This document shows positions 55,010-64,000 of a stretch of 64,000 nt of DNA, piece after piece (position 1 is the first letter of the stretch; the number at the start of each line of letters is the position of its first letter). The position numbers and the translations under genes are program-made. The stretch is from Macrostomum lignano (Eukaryota): assembly GCA_002269645.1 (NCBI GenBank), contig NIVC01000224.1, positions 1 to 64,000 of the forward strand, written 5' to 3'. The notes beneath the pieces were generated by a model that was given only the letters and a program-made list of their open reading frames with translations, was not told where the DNA came from and made no database searches.

Positions 55010-57510
55010 AGAGATGAACACAGGGTCTCCCTTCTATCCCAGATGAACACAGGTCTCCCTTCTATCCCAGATGTACACAGGTCTCCCTTCTATCCCAGAT
55101 GTACACAGGTCTCCCTTCTATCCCAGATGAACACAGGTCTCCCTTCTATCCCAGATGTACACAGGTCTCCCTTCTATCCCAGATGTACACAGGTCTCCCT
55201 TCTATCCCAGATGAACACAGGTCTCCCTTCTATCCCAGATGTACACAGGTCTCCCTTCTATCCCAGATGAACACAGGTCTCCCTTCTATCCCAGATGAAC
55301 ACAGGGTCTCCCTTATATCCCAGATGAACACAGGTCTCCCTTATATCCCAGATGAACACAGGGTCTCCCTTATATCCCAGATGAACACAGGGTCTCCCTT
55401 ATATCCCAGATGAACACAGGGTCTCCCTTCTATCCCAGATGAACACAGGTCTCCCTTATATCCCAGATGAACACAGGTCTCCCTTCTATCCCAGATGTAC
55501 ACAGGTCTCCCTTCTATCCCAGATGAACACAGGTCTCCCTTCTATCCCAGATGAACACAGGGTCTCCCTTATATCCCAGATGAACACAGGTCTCCCTTAT
55601 ATCCCAGATGAACACAGGGTCTCCCTTATATCCCAGATGAACACAGGGTCTCCCTTATATCCCAGATGAACACAGGTCTCCCTTCTATCCCAGATGAACA
55701 CAGGGTCTCCCTTATATCCCAGATGAACACAGGGTCTCCCTTATATCCCAGATGAACACAGGGTCTCCCTTATATCCCAGATGAACACAGGTCTCCCTTC
55801 TATCCCAGATGTACACAGGTCTCCCTTCTATCCCAGATGAACACAGGGTCTCCCTTATATCCCAGATGAACACAGGTCTCCCTTCTATCCCAGATGAACA
55901 CAGGTCTCCCTTCTATCCCAGATGAACACAGGTCTCCCTTCTATCCCAGATGAACACAGGTCTCCCTTCTATCCCAGATGTACACAGGTCTCCCTTCTAT
56001 CCCAGATGTACACAGGTCTCCCTTCTATCCCAGATGAACACAGGTCTCCCTTCTATCCCATATGTACACAGGTCTCCCTTCTATCCCAGATGTACACAGG
56101 TCTCCCTTCTATCCCATATGTACACAGGTCTACCTTCTATCCCAGATGTACACAGGTCTCCCTTCTATCCCATATGTACACAGGTCTCTCCCTTCTATTC
56201 CAGATGTACACAGGTCTCCCTTCTATCCCATATGTACACAGGTCTCCCTTCTATTCCAGATGTACACAGGTCTCCCTTCTATCCCATATGTACACAGGTC
56301 TCCCTTCTATCCCAGATGTACACAGGTCTCCCTTCTATTCCAGATGTACACAGGTCTCCCTTCTATCCCAGATGTACACAGGTCTCCCTTCTATCCCATA
56401 TGTACACAGGTCTCCCTTCTATCCCAGATGTACACAGGTCTCCCTTCTATCCCAGATGAACACAGGGTCTCCCTTCTATCCCAGATGTACACAGGGTCTC
56501 CCTTCTATCCCAGATGTACACAGGTCTCCCTTCTATCCCATATGTACACAGGTCTCCCTTCTATCCCAGATGTACACAGGTCTCCCTTCTATCCCAGATG
56601 AACACAGGGTCTCCCTTCTATCCCATATGTACACAGGTCTCCCTTCTATCCCAGATGTACACAGGTCTCCCTTCTATCCCAGATGTACACAGGTCTCCCT
56701 TCTATCCCAGATGTACACAGGTCTCCCTTCTATCCCAGATGAACACAGGTCTCCCTTCTATCCCAGATGAACACAGGTCTCCCTTCTATCCCAGATGTAC
56801 ACAGGTCTCCCTTCTATCCCAGATGAACACAGGGTCTCCCTTATATCCCAGATGAACACAGGGTCTCCCTTCTATCCCAGATGAACACAGGTCTCCCTTC
56901 TATCCCAGATGTACACAGGTCTCCCTTCTATCCCAGATGAACACAGGTCTCCCTTCTATCCCAGATAAACACAGGGTCTCCCTTATATCCCAGATGAACA
57001 CAGGTCTCCCTTATATCCCAGATGAACACAGGGTCTCCCTTATATCCCAGATGAACACAGGGTCTCCCTTATATCCCAGATGAACACAGGTCTCCCTTCT
57101 ATCCCAGATGAACACAGGTCTCCCTTATATCCCAGATGAACACAGGGTCTCCCTTCTATCCCAGATGAACACAGGGTCTCCCTTATATCCCAGATGAACA
57201 CAGGTCTCCCTTCTATCCCAGATGAACACAGGTCTCCCTTCTATCCCAGATGAACACAGGTCTCCCTTCTATCCCAGATGAACACAGGTCTCCCTTCTAT
57301 CCCAGATGAACACAGGGTCTCCCTTCTATCCCAGATGAACACAGGTCTCCCTTCTATCCCAGATGAACACAGGTCTCCCTTCTATCCCAGATGAACACAG
57401 GTCTCCCTTCTATCCCAGATGAACACAGGTCTCCCTTCTATCCCAGATGAACACAGGTCTCCCTTCCATCCCAGATGTACACAGGTCTCCCTTCTATCCC
57501 AGATGTACAC
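55010..57510. repeat. 28/29-bp minisatellite, ~2.5 kb
   Basis: Unit GATGAACACAGGTCTCCCTTCTATCCCA. Confidence 0.97.
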
Positions 57511-57959
57511 AGCTACTTTAAGGAGTATCACACAGTCTCGCTACAGGCATTTGCAACTTCATGACTGGCTATACCTAACAGTTTTCCACTTCTGTCACCG
57601 AAAAATAAAGTTGCTTTCTTAGTTCATCATTGAGTGCTATAGGTAATTAACCTGTCAGAGTTTAGTACAGTGATCAGGTTTAGAAGATAAAAGAATGTCA
57701 AAACAAATACTTGAAGTAATAAGCATGGATAGAACCTGCACGATAGGGTCAAGAAAAGTTACGGCTGTTAAAAAAATTTAAATTTTAAATGAAAACGGCC
57801 TCTTCATGCTGGCATGCTGCGCCACAATAATTATAATTAGTCTGCAGTAAAAAAATTGTTCGCTGGACAATATTGGGCTTGAAAATTATTATGGTCGTGA
57901 CGCAGATAAATGGATGCATGCAGCAGCAGACCAGCTGCCTGCAGGGAATGTGGAAGGAC

Positions 57960-58630
57960 TACTAAACTAGGACTACTGGACTAGGGCTACTGGACTAGGG
58001 CTACTGGACTAGGGCTACTGGACTAGGGCTACTGGACTAGGACTACTGGACTAGGACTACTGGACTAGGGCTACTGGACTAGGGCTACTGGACTAGGGCT
58101 ACTGGACTAGGGCTACTGGACTAGGGCTACTGGACTAGGACTACTGGACTAGGGCTACTGGACTAGGGCTACTGGACTAGGGCTACTGGACTAGGGCTAC
58201 TGGACTAGGGCTACTGGACTAGGGCTACTGGACTAGGGCTACTGGACTAGGGCTACTGGACTAGGACTACTGGACTAGGACTACTGGACTAGGGCTACTG
58301 GACTAGGGGCTACTGGACTAGGGCTACTGGACTAGGGCTACTGGACTAGGGCTACTGGACTAGGGCTACTGGACTAGGGCTACTGGACTAGGGCTACTGG
58401 ACTAGGACTACTGGACTAGGGCTACTGGACTAGGGCTACTGGACTAGGGCTACTGGACTAGGGCTACTGGACTAGGGCTACTGGACTAGGGCTACTGGAC
58501 TAGGACTACTGGACTAGGACTACTGGACTAGGGCTACTGGACTAGGGCTACTGGACCAGGACTACTGGACTAGGACTACTGGACTAGGGCTACTGGATTA
58601 GGACTGCTAGACTAGGACTGCTGGACTAGA
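57960..58630. repeat. 14-bp minisatellite
   Basis: Unit ACTGGACTAGGGCT. Confidence 0.96.
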
Positions 58631-58970
58631 TAACGAAGTGTTCCTAGTGGTCCTTGGAAATGTGTACCGCTGTTCGAGGGTCAAATCGAATATCAGATAT
58701 ACTTGAACATGTTTTGAGTTCATGTCTCGCAAGGGCAGGCCTGCAAGAGGAGAAACAATTTATTGGCCTTTTAAATCTTGTGACCCTCAGCCACAAGAGC
58801 GGAAGTGCTACACATAATCCCTATTAGCGCAGAATTGGAAAAATAAACAAAAAATGATTCATAACACACAAGGCTAAACAGTCTATAGTTTAAATTGTGG
58901 TGGTTGAATTAAGTATGATAAAACAAGTGCACTACCAGATAAATGAAGACAGTAAAAGATTATGTGTGTG

Positions 58971-59810
58971 TTACGATTGGGATAGTCTTTGTAGATTCAG
59001 TTCGGGGCCATTAAATGAGCACTCGCCGTACCACCAGCCTCCGGACTGTCCTTGTGCGCAGTTGCCTTCGCTCCAGTCGTCATTGTCGGAGTCCGGGGTG
59101 CTGAACTGCCAGTTTTTCGGCTGAGAACTTATGATACGTCAGCTGTCCGACACTCGACCTGCTCGCGTCCAGAGGTCCCATCGAGCACCTGTACTTGTCG
59201 CTCGCTGGGCCAACAGAGAACGGAGCATTCTCAGCCCAGTACCAGGTGCCGTTCCAGTCGCTGAACTCCCAGCGGACTCTCCACACTCCAGTGGCGGTGA
59301 GCTGGTGGAGCTGCTCCAGTCCCATCCAGTAGTTGAGACTCTCGCCCTGACCGAATCCGCTCGCGTACTCCGCCCAGTTCCAGTTGAAGCTGACGGAGCC
59401 GTCGACTCTGTGCTGGAAGGTCGTCCTTCACCAGCTTCCTCATCTGCAGTGGGCGATGCGGTGCTGCACTTCGTGCACGCATATTGATGCGGTGCTGCAA
59501 AGTGCAGAATCCACAAAGCAAAGCCCAGCTCACTCACCCACAGCTGAGCCAGGCTGGAGTCGCTGGCGTGGCGCTTCCTGCAGTCGTCCATCGCTCCCCG
59601 ATCGCAGGCCAGCAGCGAGCAGGAGCCCGAGGCCGCGTCGAAGCGGACGGCTTCCGCGTTGTCAGCAAGCATCGTACAGTGCCTGTCGTTGATGGCCAGC
59701 TTCACCGCCAGCACCCGGTACTCGCCTCGGTCGCCTCGGTGGAGCTCCCAGCCGGAGTCTGCGGCCGTTGCAGTCGCCATGACAGCGCAGATGATGAGCA
59801 GAGAATGCAT
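58971..59810 (-). pseudogene. Secreted fibrinogen-related domain (FReD) protein, frameshifted
   Basis: Signal peptide MHSLLIICAVMATATAA. FReD motifs TTFQHRVDGSVSF..WAEYANGFG..NYWMGLEQLHQLT and, in a different frame, NWQFSTPDSDND..NCA..SGGWWYGEC. Frameshifts just before TTFQ and after TYH; early stop at 58971. Confidence 0.8.
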
Positions 59811-60559
59811 TGCATCGTGAGACAGCAGTTTGTTTGAGATTCCACAGTTTCGTTTCGCGTGTTGGCATCCCGAGAGGCTGCGCTTTAATAACTTGAGTTT
59901 AGAGCTGGGTGACTGAGTTTTGTTTATGTACAACTGCTTGGCAACCATGAGTGACAAGCGGATGAGGGAAGAGAATTGAGGCGTCGATTTCTTCTCAGTA
60001 TACGGCTGATAAACAGGTCTCTTGCAAGGTTGTCAAGGTGATCCAGTCCCACCCAGCAATGCCCCTTGATCGGCCTAAATGACTATTTACTGTGCAGAAT
60101 CTTCTTGGTTTTTCGAGGTGAGGTGTTTGTCAGGACCAATGTAAATTCACTGCTATTCTACCTGCATTAGAGCTCTTCTAATAGAGATGGGCCCTCATTA
60201 TACATGTAAATCATTAATTATGCATGTAATCAGTGCACATTATCCTATTTTTACATAAAAGTGTGCCATTCGATCTAGCTCTTCGTCCATATTCTAGTTC
60301 AATGCACTGGCCATTGTTGTACACAGAGTGGCCGGCCATCCAAGACTGGCCCTGCCGACACCTTCTGTCAGCTGTCAGGGTAGAGAGACAATGAGAGACG
60401 AAGCACGAATTAAGTATTTAAGTGAATTATTGAAAGTTAGTAGCTTCTCAAATCGTTCACCCCGTTTATATATAGACTCATCGATCAGATAGGTACATGT
60501 ATGATATTAAACGATAGGACACGAAAGTTAGCTACGAAAAGGTGAGATCGAGATCGTGG

Positions 60560-60900
60560 CAGTGAGAGGAGAGAGAGAGGCAGAGAAAGAGTAAGAGCTT
60601 GAGGAAGAGAGGGCGAGAGGGAAAGTGAGAGGGAGAGAGAGTGAGGGTAAGAGTATAAGTGATGGGGGGATATTGAGAGGGGGGATTAGTCAGGGCAAGA
60701 TTGAGAGACAGAGTACGCAGAGGTAGAGAGAGAGAGTGAGAGAAAAAGGAAAAGAGAGTGAGGGTAATATGCAGGGGAGGAAAAGTGAGAGTGAGAGGGT
60801 GAAAGAGTGAGAGGGAGGGTGAGAGTCAGTGAGAGGGAGGGAGAGAGAGAGAGTGATGAGAGGGTGAGAATGAGGGCTTTGAAGAGGGTCTGAGTTGAAA
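60560..60900. repeat. GA-rich low-complexity tract
   Basis: Purine-rich (GA)n-like sequence. Confidence 0.85.
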
Positions 60901-62233
60901 TGGTGAATTGTTAGGACCATAAAAAAATTAATTAAAAATTTCAGATAAAAAACTAGCCCGAAAAATCGTCCCAGTCAGCACATTATAAGATTTGATCATA
61001 ATAAGCAATCGCATGGCAATCACAATTAAAGATAATTTACTTTTTAATCTCTTAGTACATGTATATTTTGCAATTCATCAAGAGGAAATACTGATTGGAT
61101 AATCTGAGGCAGAGTTTTTTCTATTTAAATAAAGCAGATAACATTTGTTTTAATTATGCGCAAAAAATATACGCTAATACAACAAGTTACACTCTTATGG
61201 TAGGATCCGATACATCAAATTTTCAAATAATGCAACAAATTTAAACGTAGGCTAAAAATGTTGGTGAATTTAAACCATTCTATCTTTTTTAATTAACAAA
61301 CAGTAGGTTTAGGTGTACCAGACACTTTGAGTAATTTATGCAGCAAGTATAGGCTATGTTAAGCTTTGGAAAAAGTGCAGAAAGAATTTAAATAAACTGT
61401 AAAGTTAAAAATATCTGAGCAAAAATCAAAAGTTTAGTACGGTACTAATAATACTAGCTGACTAGCTGTATATACTGTAGTTTATATATTATATTAGTGT
61501 ATATATATTTGATATAAATCCATTACATGTATTGGACAGAGTTAATAATTATATAATACAAGCAAACTTAAAAATTTTTTACCGTAAATACTAGCTCATT
61601 TGTATATTTCTACTTGCATGCCAAAAAGCTCTTCAAGGTTTCCTGACTATTTCTCAGAACATTTACGTCAAGTATGGGATAGTTTTTAAGCTTCAAATTT
61701 CAATGCGTTTAGACTTCACTATTGCTTGGAATGTGGTATTCTTTCAATAGGATATTTTTAGGTTTGTATACAAAATTGAGCGTTTGTTAGAATTCAACAT
61801 TTCTTAGAATACGTTTTTTTCTTAGAATGCAATATTTCTTTAATCTCTGATAATTTTGAATGCGATGTTTGTCACATTTCTTAGAATATAAAATTTCTTT
61901 CTTAGACTGTTTTTTATCAGTCACTTTTATCGTATTTCTTAGAAATTAGAAAAGTGTTTCGTAGAAATTTTTTACTTAGAATGCAAGCACTTTCTTAGAA
62001 AAAAATAGAAAAGTTTGAAGATTTCTTAGAATGCGAATTATCTTAGAATGTGATATGTAGATAATAAAATTTCCATTCCATCCAAGCTTTTGAAAATAAA
62101 AACTATGCTAGACTTCTTTAACGATACGAAATTTGAAGCTTAAGCTCACGGATTACGTACATGGGCGAATACGTAAAAGCAAATCCTTCAATACCAAAAT
62201 AAACTGCTACTAAAAGATCACAAGCAACAACAA

Positions 62234-63741
62234 CTAGAGATTCCGTCTATCTGTTCGTTTCTTTTTCACAATAATGGTGCCAACAGGAGATTCGGTCTGC
62301 GGAATGTCGCGATCAGCATGATTTGCCGGACTGTCGTCGCGAATATCGGCGTGAGCGCCGCAGGCGGCCAGTCCTGACGGATTCTGGTCGTGAGGTCTCT
62401 TGAGTAAAAATCCAATTTGAAATTGTTTATGTACACGTATTTAACATTATAATGTAGATATGTGCGGTATAAACTTAGAGCTACTTTTAAGTAGTATGAT
62501 AAAACGGTTTTCAACAAAAGGACCGTTTTTTTATGGCTGCTGCTGATTCTAATCAAAAACACTGGTTCAACAAATATTCTACAGTTTAGCTTATTCACTA
62601 GTGATTCACAGTGAGTAAACATCACGATTTAAATATGATTCACGGTGAGTAACACTGTGATTCACAAGTAATTCGCTGTGAGTAGTATTGTGATTGATGT
62701 GTGATTCATTCAACATGTGAATTAATGACAAGATATTCAAATATAATACGAGTTACATTCAGATTAAAAACAAAATACCAACATAATTTAAGACGGAACT
62801 CATGGACTCACATTTTCAATGACGGAGTTATATGGTGGCACAATGGCTTGTGCCTTGTTGCCATGGGAATGCGATTGCGTGGGCGGAGGCGGCGGCGGCA
62901 GCGGCGGCTGCAGCTGCATCAGCTGATGTTGGTGAGGCCGCAATGGAAGTACAAACGCTGGAAAAAATTATTGGCCAAATTTGAGACTTTCTTAATCAAC
63001 TAGAACTCATTTGTTTACTCAGAAAAAAATTGGGGACTTGAAATCAGATAAATTTTAAATTTAGCAAGATATTACTTTGAGGGGCTTCACAAAATTGCCC
63101 ATGAAGGCCAATCCTAAATGGCACAGATAGCGTACATGTACACTTTACATGCTTGACCGTACACCCCGTGTGAGCGCGTATGCACAGGGGTCATTGCTAC
63201 TCATTGGAATAGGTGTGACTGCATGCTTACTTCTTCACTGTATGCTGTGTCGAATGTGCCCTCCCCCCTACGGCCTACAAACAAACTCTCCGATTAAATT
63301 TATTTAGATTGTTATCTGCTTCACCTTTTCCAACCTACTATTAGTAGTTTAAATTAACAGAAAAACTTTATTAAAACTCACTGCGGTTGCAGCCAGCCGC
63401 GGAACCAGGATGTGGCATCGATTCGACTCTAGAAAAGTTCCATTGTTCTCATATGTTTTATACGAGCTATAAATAACGATTGCAAAACGCGTTGCTTGGC
63501 TACTGACTGTTTGGGCAGTAAGTAGATTAGGAAATTCTACTTAAATATTACGTATATATCTACCCATAACATTTGATCAGTTTGAAATCTACGTCAGAGA
63601 GACGCGCTATTGGGAGTGTGTGTTGCCTGAGTAGCCTACTGATCAATATGCAGCGGCAGTTACGGGACACCAGTAGAGTCGGTGGTATATATTCGTTCGC
63701 CCAAGCAAAGTTGATAGCGAAAAAAGACTAAGTACAGTAGG
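62234..63741 (-). CDS. 3' four exons of an unidentified, probably single-pass membrane protein (5' part outside the window or not found)
   Basis: Minus-strand exons 63741-63664, 63428-63382, 62957-62812, 62398-62234 with AG/GT sites and matching phases (2-2, 2-1, 1-0, 0-stop). Translation: LLYLVFFRYQLCLGERIYTTDSTGVPVESMPHPGSAAGCNRTFVLPLRPHQHQLMQLQPPLPPPPPPTQSHSHGNKAQAIVPPYNSVIENRPHDQ...KKKRTDRRNL*. Confidence 0.55.
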
Positions 63742-64000
63742 CTAGAAATGGAATGGAACGGTGGGACTTTATGCTGGTAGGGGATTTTTGTTTTCAGCGA
63801 TTCGGGAAAACGTTCTGGCCGAGCGTCACCATTTTTTAATGTAGCTAAGCTTTACTTTTGTCCAGGGTCTGGCAATCAGCTATGTAGATTGTATCATTGC
63901 ATCGTTATGCTAAAATTATGTGTTAAAATGCAGATCTGGCATTAGTGACAGACCACACCAAATTCTCGGAGAGAGAAGAACCCTACTCAATGTGAAGGCC

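Noticed and set aside
54914-57622. Repeat-protein ORFs (NTGLPSIPDEHR)
   Set aside because: The 28/29-bp unit is not a multiple of three and cycles through frames; non-coding satellite.

Overview
Eukaryotic (metazoan) genomic DNA with spliceosomal introns, nested transposons and many tandem arrays. Repeat-filled introns and a first exon that appears to need a spliced-leader AUG suggest a flatworm such as Macrostomum; this is inference, not proof. Gene models were built by hand from splice-site phases. (1) A 12-exon, 1041-aa DEG/ENaC channel (9699-14484) whose finger region carries a ~380-aa insert: a kringle split by a nested WSC domain, followed by a second kringle. This is the main candidate novelty. 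(2) Mitochondrial alanyl-tRNA synthetase (23784-33280) with no genomic ATG at its first exon, followed in tandem by (3) an MTERF4-like gene (35205-37622); the pair is a candidate trans-spliced mitochondrial-translation operon. (4) A 9-exon nicotinic acetylcholine receptor alpha subunit (41381-52152) with a GC-AG intron and inverted satellite arrays flanking exons 5-6. (5) A frameshifted fibrinogen-related gene. (6) The 3' exons of an unknown membrane protein at the right end. Mobile DNA: a CsRn1-type Gypsy element, a Sola2 transposon with a nested LTR fragment, an RTE-like LINE, a Mutator-type non-autonomous element, a hairpin MITE, and two tRNA-derived SINEs, one ending in a 28S rRNA-like segment. 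No CRISPR arrays or intact tRNA/rRNA genes were found.
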